Source of the DNA: an uncultured candidatus Porisulfidus sp.
GTDB taxonomy: Bacteria; Pseudomonadota; Gammaproteobacteria; Poriferisulfidales; Poriferisulfidaceae
Assembly (NCBI GenBank): GCA_958431155.1
Contig: OY288106.1
Span: 317,937 to 381,936 of the forward strand
Length of the DNA: 64,000 nucleotides
Direction of reading: 5' to 3'
Both the position numbers and the translations under genes were made by a program. Under the pieces are notes generated by a model that was not told the DNA's origin, did no database searches, and worked only from the letters and a program-made list of their open reading frames with translations. Below, piece by piece: positions 29,743-39,890 of the stretch (position 1 is its first letter; the number at the start of each line of letters is the position of its first letter).

Positions 29743-30887
29743 ACGGGCAATCGTCCTCGCCCGACCTGCGCATCGCCGCGATGCTGCTGGCGATCGGGCT
29801 GGTGGCCATGACCTCCGCTTCGATGGAAATCTCCGTGAACATGCACGGCGATGCGCTGTACTACTTCAAGAGTCAATCCCTGTTCATGGCGGTCGGCGTC
29901 CTGCTGGCGCTGGTCCTGGCGCGGATCCCGCTGGACGTGCACCGCAGGCTGGCCCCTTGGTACGGGGTGATCTCCTTGGCGTTGCTGACCCTGACGCTGA
30001 TCCCGGGGCTGGGGCACTCGGTCAATAACAGTACGCGCTGGCTGGACCTGGGCCCGATCCGATTCCAGCCGTCGGAACTGATCAAGCCGGCGTTGGTGCT
30101 GTGGATGGCGGCGTACGTGGCGCAGCACGGGATACTCCTGGAGACCCGCCTGCGCGGCATCCTGCTGCCGCTCGGCGTCGTGGCCCTGACCGTATTGCTG
30201 CTGCTGCTGCAGCCGGACTTCGGCACCGCCTGCGTGATCGCGGCCACCGCGCTGTGCATGCTGTTCCTGTGCGGCGGCTACCTGCGCGCGCTGCTCGGTT
30301 GCGCGCTGGGTGCCACGGTCGCGATGGGTGGGCTGGCGGTCGCCGCGCCGTACCGGCTGATGCGCATCCAGACCTTCCTCGATCCCTGGGCGGATCCGTT
30401 CGACAGCGGCTACCAGCTGACCCAGTCGCTGATCGCGATCGGCAGCGGCGGGATGTGGGGGCGCGGCCTCGGCGACGGGGTCCAGAAGCATTTCTACCTG
30501 CCGGAGATGCACACCGATTTCGTGTTCGCGGTCGCGGCCGAGGAGCTCGGCCTGATCGGGGCCGTGGCGATCATCCTCTTGTTTGCGATGTTCCTGGTGG
30601 CTGCTTTCCGCATTGCCCGACAGGCGCAGGCGCGGGAACAGCATTTTGCCGCGACGGTCGCCTACGGCGTCGGCCTGTGGATCAGCCTGCAGGCCTTCGT
30701 CAACATCGCGGTGAACATGGGCGCGCTGCCGACCAAGGGATTGACTTTGCCTCTGATGAGCGCGGGTGGCAGTTCGATGCTCGCGACGCTCGCCGGCCTC
30801 GGCCTGCTGTGGCGCGCGCGCTACGAGGCGGAAATCCTGCCGGGCATCGGCAACGCGAAGTCCCGGCACGGGGGCAGCAGCGCATGA
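29739..30887 (+). CDS. ftsW: SEDS peptidoglycan glycosyltransferase FtsW
   Basis: Polytopic protein with the SEDS segments QPSELIKP and LPEMHTDFVFA. ATGA overlap with murD. Confidence 0.95.
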   Translation: MNGQSSSPDLRIAAMLLAIGLVAMTSASMEISVNMHGDALYYFKSQSLFMAVGVLLALVLARIPLDVHRRLAPWYGVISLALLTLTLIPGLGHSVNNSTRWLDLGPIRFQPSELIKPALVLWMAAYVAQHGILLETRLRGILLPLGVVALTVLLLLLQPDFGTACVIAATALCMLFLCGGYLRALLGCALGATVAMGGLAVAAPYRLMRIQTFLDPWADPFDSGYQLTQSLIAIGSGGMWGRGLGDGVQKHFYLPEMHTDFVFAVAAEELGLIGAVAIILLFAMFLVAAFRIARQAQAREQHFAATVAYGVGLWISLQAFVNIAVNMGALPTKGLTLPLMSAGGSSMLATLAGLGLLWRARYEAEILPGIGNAKSRHGGSSA

Positions 30888-31945
30888 GTGCCCGACCCGT
30901 CATGATCCTGGCCGGCGGCACCGGCGGACACGTATTTCCGGCGCTGGCAGTGGCGGAACGCCTGCGCGAGCGCGGCGTGCCGGTGCGGTGGGTCGGCACC
31001 CGGGCCGGGCTGGAGGCGCGGCTCGTGCCCCAGGCCGGATTCCCGATGATCTGGATGCCGCTGCGCGCGCCGAGGCGACGCGGCCTGTGGGGCCTGATCA
31101 GTGTGACGCCGCGGGTGCTGTGGGCGGTCTGCCTCGGTATCGGCCTGTTGCTGAAGCACCGCCCGGCGGTGGTTCTCGGCATGGGCGGCTACGCGTCGTC
31201 CGCGGTGGCGCTGGCGGCGTTGCTGTGCCGGGTGCCCTTGATCGTGCACGAACAGAACGCGGTGGCCGGGCTCACCAACCGGGTGCTGGCCCGCTTCGCG
31301 GTGCGAGTACTGCTCGGCTTCTCCGACGTCCGCGGCATCCGCGGGGGGGTCCATCTCGGAAATCCGGTCCGCGTCTCGCTGTGCGCTCAGCCGCTGCCCT
31401 CCGACGTGCCGTCACGGCCGCTGCGGCTGCTCGTGGTCGGCGGCAGCCAGGGCGCCGAGATCTTCAACCTGGTGGTGCCGGAAGCCCTGAACGCGATGCC
31501 GGAGGAGCGTCGGCCCTCGGTTTGGCACCAGACCGGCTCCGACCCGGCTGAAGTCGCCGGGCGCTATCCCCCGGAGGCACAGCCCCGGGTCGATGCATTC
31601 ATCGAGGAAATGGACGCGGCGTACGTGTGGGCCGACCTGGTGCTGGCGCGGGCGGGCGCGATGACCCTGGCGGAACTCGCGGCCAGCGCGCGCGGAGCCG
31701 TGCTGGTGCCGTACCCCCATGCTGCGGATGGGCATCAACTTGAGAACGCGCGCCAGTACGCCGACGGTGGCGCGGCTGAGGTCTGGGGGCAGAACGAATT
31801 CACCCCGCAGCGGCTTGCCGCCCGTCTCGCCGAACTGGCGCAGGACCGTTCGCGATTGGTCGACATGAGCCGGGCCGCGCTGCGCAAGGCCCGCCCGGAC
31901 GCGGCCGGCGACGTCGCCGACTGCCTGCTGGAGTTCTGCCCGTGA
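30884..31945 (+). CDS. murG: UDP-GlcNAc:lipid I GlcNAc transferase
   Basis: GGTGGHVFPALAVA motif and a C-terminal nucleotide-sugar domain. Confidence 0.95.
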   Translation: MSARPVMILAGGTGGHVFPALAVAERLRERGVPVRWVGTRAGLEARLVPQAGFPMIWMPLRAPRRRGLWGLISVTPRVLWAVCLGIGLLLKHRPAVVLGMGGYASSAVALAALLCRVPLIVHEQNAVAGLTNRVLARFAVRVLLGFSDVRGIRGGVHLGNPVRVSLCAQPLPSDVPSRPLRLLVVGGSQGAEIFNLVVPEALNAMPEERRPSVWHQTGSDPAEVAGRYPPEAQPRVDAFIEEMDAAYVWADLVLARAGAMTLAELAASARGAVLVPYPHAADGHQLENARQYADGGAAEVWGQNEFTPQRLAARLAELAQDRSRLVDMSRAALRKARPDAAGDVADCLLEFCP

Positions 31946-33366
31946 ACGCGATGCGCCGGCGCATGCCGATGCGGCATATCCGCCAGATCCATTTCATCGG
32001 CATCGGCGGTGCCGGCATGAGCGGCATCGCCGAAGTCCTGTGCGGGCTCGGCTACGCCGTTTCCGGCAGCGACCTCAAGGAGAATGCGCGGACCCGTCAT
32101 CTGCGCGAACTCGGTGCCGAGATCCGCATTGGGCATGAAGTCGGCGCGGTGGTGGGAGCCGACGTGGCCGTGGTGTCCAGCGCCGTCCCACCCGACAATC
32201 CGGAATGGCAGGCTGCGCAGGCCGCGCACATCCCGGTAGTGCCGCGTGCGGCGATGCTCGGCGAACTGATGCGCTTCAGCTATGGGGTTGCCGTGGCCGG
32301 CACGCACGGCAAGACCACGACCACCAGCCTGATTGCCCACTTGCTGGCCGAGGCCGGCCTCGGTCCCAGCTCCATCATCGGCGGGCAGGTCCGGCACAGC
32401 GGCTCGCACGCTACGCTGGGCGAGGGCGACTGCCTGGTCTGCGAGGCGGACGAAAGCGACGCTTCTTTCCTGCACCTCAGCCCGCTGGTCGCGGTGGTGA
32501 CGAACATCGACAACGACCATCTGGTCAATTACGGCGACGACATCGAAAAACTGGCCGAGGCGTACCACAGTTTCCTGCAGAATCTCCCGTTCTACGGGCT
32601 GGCGGTGCTGTGCGCGGACGATGCGCGCCTGGCTGCCCTGCGCCCGGATCTGGGCCGCCAGACCGTGACCTACGCAATCGACGCCCCGGATGCGGATCTG
32701 CGGGCCACCGACCTCACGCCGGAAGGCTCCGGTTGCTCCTTCACCCTCCGCGTCGCGGATTCGAGAGAGGAGATCCGGGTCCGCCTCGCGCTGCCCGGCG
32801 CACACAACGTCCTGAATGCGCTGGCCGCGGTGGCGGTGGCGCGGGATCTGGGCGTACCGCTTCAGACGGCCACCCGCGCGCTGGAAAGCTTCGGCGGCAT
32901 CGCCCGGCGATTCGAGGCGCATGGTGCCTTGCCCGGCGCCGACGACATCCTGTGGGTGGACGACTACGGGCATCACCCGACCGAGATCGAGGCGACCCTG
33001 GCCGCAGCGCACGAGGTCCATCCGAAGCGCCGGCGAGTCCTGGTGTTCCAGCCGCATCGCTATACCCGCACGCGGGACCTGTTCGAAGAGTTCGTCCGCA
33101 CGCTGGCCCAGGCTGACGTGCTTCTCCTGCTGGACGTGTATCCGGCGGGCGAAGCGCCGATCCCGGGCGCCGACAGCAATTCGCTGGCCCGGGAACTGGA
33201 GCAGAAGGGCGCCAGCCCCGCGCGCGCCGCAGGTGGCGAGCAGTTGTTCCCGGCATTGCTGGACCTGCTGAGCCCCGGCGACCTGCTGATGACCATGGGA
33301 GCAGGCAGTATCGAGACCTGGGCGGCGCAACTGCCCGCGCAGTTTGCTCAGAGGGAGGCATCTTGA
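31942..33366 (+). CDS. murC: UDP-MurNAc:L-Ala ligase
   Basis: IHFIGIGGAGMSGIA and GTHGKTTTT motifs. The GTG at 31942 overlaps the murG stop; an alternative ATG lies at 31951. Confidence 0.95.
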   Translation: MNAMRRRMPMRHIRQIHFIGIGGAGMSGIAEVLCGLGYAVSGSDLKENARTRHLRELGAEIRIGHEVGAVVGADVAVVSSAVPPDNPEWQAAQAAHIPVVPRAAMLGELMRFSYGVAVAGTHGKTTTTSLIAHLLAEAGLGPSSIIGGQVRHSGSHATLGEGDCLVCEADESDASFLHLSPLVAVVTNIDNDHLVNYGDDIEKLAEAYHSFLQNLPFYGLAVLCADDARLAALRPDLGRQTVTYAIDAPDADLRATDLTPEGSGCSFTLRVADSREEIRVRLALPGAHNVLNALAAVAVARDLGVPLQTATRALESFGGIARRFEAHGALPGADDILWVDDYGHHPTEIEATLAAAHEVHPKRRRVLVFQPHRYTRTRDLFEEFVRTLAQADVLLLLDVYPAGEAPIPGADSNSLARELEQKGASPARAAGGEQLFPALLDLLSPGDLLMTMGAGSIETWAAQLPAQFAQREAS

Positions 33367-34250
33367 ACATGGTGGTCGCAATCGCCGGCGAGCACCGAAA
33401 GGTGCCGATGTCCGAACATACCACCTGGCGCTGCGGCGGCGCGGCGGATCGCGTATTCGCGCCGAGCAGCCTCGACGACCTGAGCGCCTACCTGGCCGGG
33501 CTTGAGGTGGATGTGCCCTTGACCTGGCTTGGGCGGGGCAGCAACGTACTGGTGCGCGACGGCGGCATGCGCGGGGTGGTTATCCAGTTGTGCGAGTCGC
33601 TGTCCGAGATCGTGCTGGAGCCGCCGAAGGTCCAGGCCCAGGGCGGTGCCTCATGCGCCCGCCTGGCAATACTCACCGCGGCGGCGGGCTGGGGCGGACT
33701 GGAATTCCTGGCCGGCATCCCCGGCACGATCGGAGGCGCCCTCGCGATGAACGCCGGGGCGGCCGGTTCCGAACTCTGGGACTTCGTCGAGTCCATCGAG
33801 ACCGTCGACCGCAAGGGCGCCCGCCACGAATTCGCGGCCGGACAGATCAAGGCCGGCTACCGGTTCGCCGAAATTCCCGCCGGGCACGGCGTGGTGGCCG
33901 GGACCTTCCGTCTGGAACCGGCCGAAGATCCGGCGCAGCCGGAGCGCCGGCTGCGGGAACTGATGAACCGCCGACGTACCACCCAGCCAGTGTCCCAACC
34001 GAGCGGCGGCTCGGTGTTCCGCAACCCTCCCGGCGGCCACGCCGCCCGCCTGATCGAAGAGGCTGGCCTCAAGGGCTGCCGGATCGGTGGCGCCGAGGTC
34101 AGCCGCACGCACGCCAACTTCATCGTTCACGGGGGGGCGGCCAGCGCGGCCGACATCGAGCGCCTGATCGAACATGTCCGGGACGCGGTCGAGGAACACA
34201 GCGGCGTGCGCCTCGAACTCGAGATTCGCATCCTGGGGGAGGCCGCATGA
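33363..34250 (+). CDS. murB: UDP-N-acetylenolpyruvoylglucosamine reductase
   Basis: FAD-binding domain (LGRGSNVLVRDGG) and SGGSVFRNP. A TTG at 33363 or an ATG at 33369 could be the start. Confidence 0.93.
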   Translation: MNMVVAIAGEHRKVPMSEHTTWRCGGAADRVFAPSSLDDLSAYLAGLEVDVPLTWLGRGSNVLVRDGGMRGVVIQLCESLSEIVLEPPKVQAQGGASCARLAILTAAAGWGGLEFLAGIPGTIGGALAMNAGAAGSELWDFVESIETVDRKGARHEFAAGQIKAGYRFAEIPAGHGVVAGTFRLEPAEDPAQPERRLRELMNRRRTTQPVSQPSGGSVFRNPPGGHAARLIEEAGLKGCRIGGAEVSRTHANFIVHGGAASAADIERLIEHVRDAVEEHSGVRLELEIRILGEAA

Positions 34251-35182
34251 GCGAATACGGACGCGTCGCGGTGCTGATGGGCGGCTGGTCCGAGGAGCGG
34301 TCGATCTCGCTGATCTCCGGGCAGTGCGCCTGCGAGGCGCTGCAGGCACGCGGCATCGAGGCCCGTGCGGTCGATGTGCAGCGCGAGACCCTGTCGCAGC
34401 TTGCGGAGCAGGACTTCGACCGCTGCTTCCTAGCCCTGCACGGCATCGGCGGCGAGGACGGAGAAGCGCAGCAGGCGCTGGAGGAGATGGGGCTGCCGTA
34501 CAGCGGCAGCGGGCCGGAGGCCTCGCGCGTGTGCATGGACAAACTGGAGACCAAGAAGCGCTGGTGGCAGGCAGGCTTGCCGACTCCGAAAGGGGTGATC
34601 GCGGATTCGGACCGGCTGGAGGATCAGTCCGAGGACCTGGGCCTGCCGCTGGTGATCAAACCGGTGGACCAGGGGTCCAGCATCGGCGTGATCTTCGCGC
34701 ATCGGGCCGAAGACGTGGCGCCCGCGGTCGAGGAGGCCCGGGGGCACGGCTCACGGGTCCTGCTGGAGCGCATGGTACAGGGCGCCGAATACACGGTCGG
34801 GATCCTGCAGGACGAGGCGCTGCCATTGATCCGCCTGTGCCCGCAGGGCGAATTCTTCGACTACCAGGCCAAGTACGAGTCGGAAGACACCCGCTACGAC
34901 ATCCCCTGCGGCCTGCCCCGGGCGATGGAGGACGAACTGGCGGCACTGGCGATGCATGCCTTCGAATGCACCGGGGCGGAGGGGTACGGCCGGGTGGACC
35001 TGATGCTGGACGAGCTGGACCGGCCGTGGCTGCTCGAAGTGAACACCGCGCCTGGCCTGCGCCGCCACAGCCTGCTGCCGATGGCCGCCGAAGCGGTCGG
35101 GTTGGATTACGAGGACCTGATCGTGCAAATGCTCGAAACTTCCCGCCTGCGGGAGCCCGCCAGGGAGTCGACCCATGGCTAG
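34247..35182 (+). CDS. ddl: D-alanine:D-alanine ligase
   Basis: ALHGIGGEDGEAQ and an ATP-grasp domain (LEVNTAPG). ATGA overlap with murB. Confidence 0.95.
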   Translation: MSEYGRVAVLMGGWSEERSISLISGQCACEALQARGIEARAVDVQRETLSQLAEQDFDRCFLALHGIGGEDGEAQQALEEMGLPYSGSGPEASRVCMDKLETKKRWWQAGLPTPKGVIADSDRLEDQSEDLGLPLVIKPVDQGSSIGVIFAHRAEDVAPAVEEARGHGSRVLLERMVQGAEYTVGILQDEALPLIRLCPQGEFFDYQAKYESEDTRYDIPCGLPRAMEDELAALAMHAFECTGAEGYGRVDLMLDELDRPWLLEVNTAPGLRRHSLLPMAAEAVGLDYEDLIVQMLETSRLREPARESTHG

Positions 35183-35882
35183 GCCGTCCGCGACCGGCCT
35201 GGTGATGCGCCTTGCGGGTGCGGCGGCGATGCTGGCGCTGGCCGTCGGCGGCAGCCTGTGGCTGACGAATCCGGCGAATCTCCCGATCCGCCAGGTGGCC
35301 CTGCACGGGACGCTGCACTACCTGCACCCCATCCAGTTGCAGGAGATCGTCGCGGGGGCGCTGGCCGGCAACATGTTGACCCAGGACCTGGACGGGCTGG
35401 AGCAGCGGCTTGAGCAGAGCGCCTGGGTGCAGCGGGCGCGGATCCGCCGCCACTGGCCGGGCACGCTGCGGATCGAAGTGGTCGAGCAGATCCCGGTCGC
35501 GCGCTGGGAGGCGGGCGGGCTGCTGAACGAACGAGGGGAACGGTTCGCCATGCGCGGCCAGCAGCCGGAACCGTCTCTGCTCCGAATCGCGGGGATGCCG
35601 GGCCGCGAGGCTGTCCTGCTCGGGTACGCCGAGCAGATTCGGACGCTGCTGGCGCCGTACGGACTCCGCCTGGTCCGGCTGGAAGAAACCAAGTTCCGCT
35701 CGCTGCACCTGACGACGCTCTCGGGGATGCGCCTCACGCTGGGGCGGGTCCGCCCGTTTGAACGATTGGCACGCTGGTTGCGCTACTACGAGGCTTACGC
35801 CCGGACCGCGCCCGCGTCCGACACGACGATCGACCTGCGCTACCCGAACGGGTTTGCGGTCGGGTCCGCAACCGAATCATAG
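35175..35882 (+). CDS. ftsQ: Cell division protein FtsQ
   Basis: TM anchor followed by a POTRA-like region (IRQVALHG...), in the canonical position. Confidence 0.85.
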   Translation: MARPSATGLVMRLAGAAAMLALAVGGSLWLTNPANLPIRQVALHGTLHYLHPIQLQEIVAGALAGNMLTQDLDGLEQRLEQSAWVQRARIRRHWPGTLRIEVVEQIPVARWEAGGLLNERGERFAMRGQQPEPSLLRIAGMPGREAVLLGYAEQIRTLLAPYGLRLVRLEETKFRSLHLTTLSGMRLTLGRVRPFERLARWLRYYEAYARTAPASDTTIDLRYPNGFAVGSATES

Positions 35883-35893
35883 GAGGAAAAACG

Positions 35894-37186
35894 ATGGACA
35901 ACTCACATTCCGCAGTCCTGCCGCTGGAGCCTAAGCGGTTCAGACTGTTCTCACGCATGTTCTCGACGATCACGCAGCGTCGCGCAAGCCCGGGCCAGCG
36001 GGTCGCGCTCGACATCGGCACGTCCCGCATCGTGGTGGTGGTCGCGCACGCCAACGAGGATGGCGAACTGGAGGTCACCGGCTGTGGCACCACCGCCTCG
36101 CACGGCCTCAAGGCCGGCATGGTGGTCAACATCGAGGAGACGGTGGAGTCGATCCGCCGTGCCGTGGAGGAGGCCGAGGAGATCACCGACTGCACCATCC
36201 GCAACGTCAACGTCGGCATCGCCGGCAGCCACATCCGCAGCCTCAACGCCAGCGGCGCCATCCCGGTGCGCGAAGGCGAGATCACGGCGTCGGTGGTGGA
36301 ACGGGTACTCGACGCGGCGAGCGCGGTGAAGCTCACCGACGACAAGCGCATCCTGCATGTGCTGCCGCAGGAGTACGCGATCGACGACCAGTACGGGATC
36401 CGCACCCCGCTTGGCATGTCGGGGGTCCGCCTGGATGCGCGCGTACACCTGATCACTGCCGGGGCCGGGGCCCTGCACAACCTGGTCAAGTGTGTCCGCC
36501 ACTGCGGCCTGACCGTCGACCACGTGGTGCTGGAGCAGCTCGCGTCCAGCGAGGCGGCGCTGACCCCGGACGAGCGCGAACTGGGGGTCTGCCTGGTCGA
36601 TATCGGCGGCGGAACCTCGGACATCGCCGTGTTCTACTCCGGCGCGATCCACTACACCGCCACCATTCCAGTAGCCGGCGACCACGTCAACCGCGACATC
36701 GCCATTGCCCTGAGCACCCGGGTGCAGGATGCCGAGCAGCTCAAGATCGAGCACGGTCGCGCCATCAGCAACCCGAAACAGGATGACCAGATCCTGGAGG
36801 TGCCGGGCCTCGGCGGACGCCCGCCGGCGCAGTTGCGCGGATCCGTGCTGGTGGACATCATCCGCCCGCGCTACATGGAACTATTCGAGCTGATCAACGA
36901 CGAACTGCGCCGCTCCGGCTACTACGACAAGATCGAAGGTGCCGGCCTCGTGCTGACCGGCGGCGGGGCGATGGTCCGAGACCTGGACCTGCTGGCCGAG
37001 GAAGTGTTCAACCGCCCGGTCCGGGTGGGTGGGCCGCAGCATCTGCGGTTCCGCGACGAACGCTTCAACCAGCCGATTTACGCCACCGGGATCGGGCTGC
37101 TGACCTACCACGACCCGGCGCGGCCGAACCTGGGACCGTCGGCTGTAGCCGATTCCTGGCGGCAGCGCGTCCTTTCATGGATTTAA
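35894..37186 (+). CDS. ftsA: Cell division protein FtsA (with an N-terminal extension of about 35 aa)
   Basis: Actin-fold motifs (ALDIGTSRIVVVV, VDIGGGTSDIAV). A strong SD (AGGAGG) lies 8 nt before 35894; an alternative ATG lies at 35957. Confidence 0.93.
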   Translation: MDNSHSAVLPLEPKRFRLFSRMFSTITQRRASPGQRVALDIGTSRIVVVVAHANEDGELEVTGCGTTASHGLKAGMVVNIEETVESIRRAVEEAEEITDCTIRNVNVGIAGSHIRSLNASGAIPVREGEITASVVERVLDAASAVKLTDDKRILHVLPQEYAIDDQYGIRTPLGMSGVRLDARVHLITAGAGALHNLVKCVRHCGLTVDHVVLEQLASSEAALTPDERELGVCLVDIGGGTSDIAVFYSGAIHYTATIPVAGDHVNRDIAIALSTRVQDAEQLKIEHGRAISNPKQDDQILEVPGLGGRPPAQLRGSVLVDIIRPRYMELFELINDELRRSGYYDKIEGAGLVLTGGGAMVRDLDLLAEEVFNRPVRVGGPQHLRFRDERFNQPIYATGIGLLTYHDPARPNLGPSAVADSWRQRVLSWI

Positions 37187-37213
37187 CTTTTACGACAACT
37201 GGAGATTAAGAAA

Positions 37214-38494
37214 ATGACTTTGATAAACGAATTAGACCGGACGAATCCGTCCAAACCTGCCGAAGAGACGGCGGAACTCGTGTTCACACCCGTTCAGCCG
37301 GACCAGGAGGATGCCCGCATCAAGGTGATCGGCGTCGGCGGCGGCGGCGGCAACGCCACGCAGCGCATGGAGAGCGAACTGGCCGCGAACGTGGAAGTCT
37401 TCTGCGTCAACACCGATGCGCAGGTCCTGCGCAACCTGAAGGTGGGGCAGCCGGTGCAGATCGGCCGGGAGACGACCAAGGGTCTCGGTGCCGGCGCCCA
37501 GCCGGAAGTCGGGCGCGAAGCGGCGCTGGAGAGCCGGGAGGTGCTGGCCGGGCTGGTCGAGAACACCGACATGCTGTTCATCACCGCCGGCATGGGCGGC
37601 GGGACCGGCACCGGCGCGGCGCCGGTCATCGCGGAACTGGCCAAGGAGACCGGGGTGTTGACGGTGGCGGTGGTGACCCGCCCGTTCAGCTTCGAGGGGC
37701 AGCAGCGCTGCCGCCTCGCCGAGGAGGGTATCCGCGAGCTCAGCGCCCATGTCGACTCGATCATCACCATCCCCAACGATCGGCTGACGAGCGAGCTGGA
37801 TCCGGACATCTCGATGGAAGATGCCTTCCTCGAGGCGGACAAGGTGCTGCACGGCGCCGTGTGCGGGATCTCCGACCTGATCCTACGGCCGGGCACCATC
37901 AACGTCGACTTCGCCGACGTGCGCACCGTGATGCAGCAGCAGGGAATGGCCATGATGGGCACCGGTACCGCCGACGGCCAGAACCGGGCAGTCGAAGCCA
38001 CGCAGCAGGCCATCAACTGCCGTCTGCTCGACGAGGTGAACATCACCGACGCCCGGGCCATGCTGGTCAACGTGACCACCACCCGCCAGGGGCTGGCGCT
38101 GCCGGAGTTCCGCCAGATCGCGGAGGAACTGCAGCCGCTGCAGGCCGAGAACGCGCAAATCGTGATCGGCACGACCTACGACGAGCACATGGGCGACAAG
38201 CTCAAGGTAACCATCGTGGTGGCTGGCTTCGGTGCCAAGGAGCAGCGGGAAGCGGAACCGGCCCTGACCGCACTGGAGGCTCCGCGGCGGATTACCCAGG
38301 CCCCGCGTTCGACCCGCGAAGGGGAGAACGGCGACGGGATGGAGCCGCCGGAAGAGAAGATCGCCGCGGTGCCGCCGATCCATACCGAGGGCAACCTGGC
38401 CCGGAAGCCGCAGCCGCAGAACCCGGACTGGACCAAGGGAGAGGAACGGCAGAAGTTCGACATTCCGGCCTACCTTCGCAAGCAGCATGACTGA
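37214..38494 (+). CDS. ftsZ: Cell division GTPase FtsZ
   Basis: GGGTGTGAAPV tubulin signature, plus the conserved C-terminal peptide DIPAYLRKQ. Confidence 0.98.
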   Translation: MTLINELDRTNPSKPAEETAELVFTPVQPDQEDARIKVIGVGGGGGNATQRMESELAANVEVFCVNTDAQVLRNLKVGQPVQIGRETTKGLGAGAQPEVGREAALESREVLAGLVENTDMLFITAGMGGGTGTGAAPVIAELAKETGVLTVAVVTRPFSFEGQQRCRLAEEGIRELSAHVDSIITIPNDRLTSELDPDISMEDAFLEADKVLHGAVCGISDLILRPGTINVDFADVRTVMQQQGMAMMGTGTADGQNRAVEATQQAINCRLLDEVNITDARAMLVNVTTTRQGLALPEFRQIAEELQPLQAENAQIVIGTTYDEHMGDKLKVTIVVAGFGAKEQREAEPALTALEAPRRITQAPRSTREGENGDGMEPPEEKIAAVPPIHTEGNLARKPQPQNPDWTKGEERQKFDIPAYLRKQHD

Positions 38495-38668
38495 CCGGTA
38501 CCGACCCTTGGGGAAGGGGCCCGGCTCCGGCCTGCTGCCCCCGGCTTTTGCCGGGGGGGAGGAACGCGCGGAGATGGAAAAACTTTCGTTTTTCTGTAAT
38601 AATACGCGCGTCCGCGAAACAGGGGGCCCTGACGCGCGGCGGGCCGCAATGATCCGGCATTTTCCGAA

Positions 38669-39583
38669 ATGATTCGTCAGCACACCCTGAAGCAGAGCAT
38701 TTGTGCAGAGGGCATCGGTCTGCATACGGGGGAGAAGACCTCGATGCGCCTGAGCCCGGCCCCGGCCGACACCGGGGTGGTCCTGCGGCGGGTCGATTTC
38801 GATCCGCCCGTGCGTATCCGGGTGCACCCGGACCAGGTTTCCGCCACCCGCCTATCGACGACGCTGTCCAACGGCGACGTTCACGTCTCGACGGTCGAAC
38901 ACCTGTTGTCGGCGGTCGCCGGCCTCGGGGTGGACAACCTGTACGTGGACCTGGACGCCAGCGAAGTCCCGATCATGGACGGCAGCGCGAGCCCGTTCGT
39001 GTTCCTGATTCATTCGGGTGGCCTGGTCGAGCAGGATGCGCCGAAACGCTACATCCGAATCCGCGAGCCGGTCGAGGTGCGCGACGAGAAGGGCCGCCGG
39101 TGGGTGCGCCTGACCCCGCATGACGGCTTCAAGGTGGGGTTCACTATCGACTTCGACCATCCGGTGATTCGCAACACCCGCCAGTCCGCAACCCTGGACC
39201 TTTCCAGCACGTCCTACATCAAGGAGGTGTCGCGGGCGCGCACGTTCGGTTTCCGCCATGAGGTGGAGCTCCTGCGCGAGCGGAACCTGGCCCTCGGCGG
39301 CAGCCTGGACAACGCGATCGTGTTGGATGACAACCGCATCCTCAACGACAGCGGCCTGCGATATTCCGACGAGTTCGTCAAGCATAAGGTGCTCGACGCC
39401 ATCGGCGACCTCTACCTGCTCGGCAACAGCCTGATTGGCGCCTTCGAGGGCTACTGCTCCGGGCATGAACTCAACATCCAGCTGCTGCGTAAGCTGCTGG
39501 CCACTGAGTCGGCTTGGGAACTGGTCAGTTTCGAAGACACCAGCCAGGCCCCGGTCTGCTTCGCGCAGGTCAGTCCGGCCTGA
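38669..39583 (+). CDS. lpxC: UDP-3-O-acyl-GlcNAc deacetylase
   Basis: [14 protein letters not shown] and HEVELLRE...[10 protein letters not shown] motifs. Confidence 0.97.
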   Translation: MIRQHTLKQSICAEGIGLHTGEKTSMRLSPAPADTGVVLRRVDFDPPVRIRVHPDQVSATRLSTTLSNGDVHVSTVEHLLSAVAGLGVDNLYVDLDASEVPIMDGSASPFVFLIHSGGLVEQDAPKRYIRIREPVEVRDEKGRRWVRLTPHDGFKVGFTIDFDHPVIRNTRQSATLDLSSTSYIKEVSRARTFGFRHEVELLRERNLALGGSLDNAIVLDDNRILNDSGLRYSDEFVKHKVLDAIGDLYLLGNSLIGAFEGYCSGHELNIQLLRKLLATESAWELVSFEDTSQAPVCFAQVSPA

Positions 39584-39590
39584 AGGACGC

Positions 39591-39890
39591 CTAGTCGTGG
39601 CCGGCCTGACGCGCAGCAACCTGAATCCGGAGCTGGCGCAATGGCCGGTTCAGCCGGCCCTTGAATTCTGCATTGATGTGCTTGAGCAGTTCGCGCTGCT
39701 GGTAGTGGATCAGCGGCGCCTGTTGGCTGTCGTCGACCGAGACCGTCAGCGTGGCTCCTTCGATGTCGCTGCACCAGCAGCGTTCGCCCAGCGGTTCGGG
39801 AAGCTGCCGGCGCAGGCTCTGGGTGATGGCCAACTGTAGGCGGATGCGGGCCAGCAGGTAAGGATCGAGATGGTCAAGAAGCTTCTTCAT
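39591..39890 (-). CDS. DUF721 / DciA-like small protein
   Basis: 99 aa, MKKLLDHL...LGERCWCSDIEGATLTVSVDDSQQAPLIHYQQRELLKHIN, which matches the DUF721 pattern. ATG at 39890 chosen inside the long ORF 39591..40337. Confidence 0.6.
   Translation of the reverse strand: MKKLLDHLDPYLLARIRLQLAITQSLRRQLPEPLGERCWCSDIEGATLTVSVDDSQQAPLIHYQQRELLKHINAEFKGRLNRPLRQLRIQVAARQAGHD

Noticed and set aside
21609-35882. A near-continuous chain of ATGA/GTGA/TTGA start-stop overlaps through the dcw cluster
   Set aside because: The overlaps are real but ordinary translational coupling in compact high-GC operons, not a novel feature.
38538-38557. GC hairpin CCCCCGGC-tttt-GCCGGGGG between ftsZ and lpxC, considered as a terminator
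   Set aside because: There is no downstream U-tract. It could be an attenuator or RNA-processing structure, but nothing in the sequence lets me decide.
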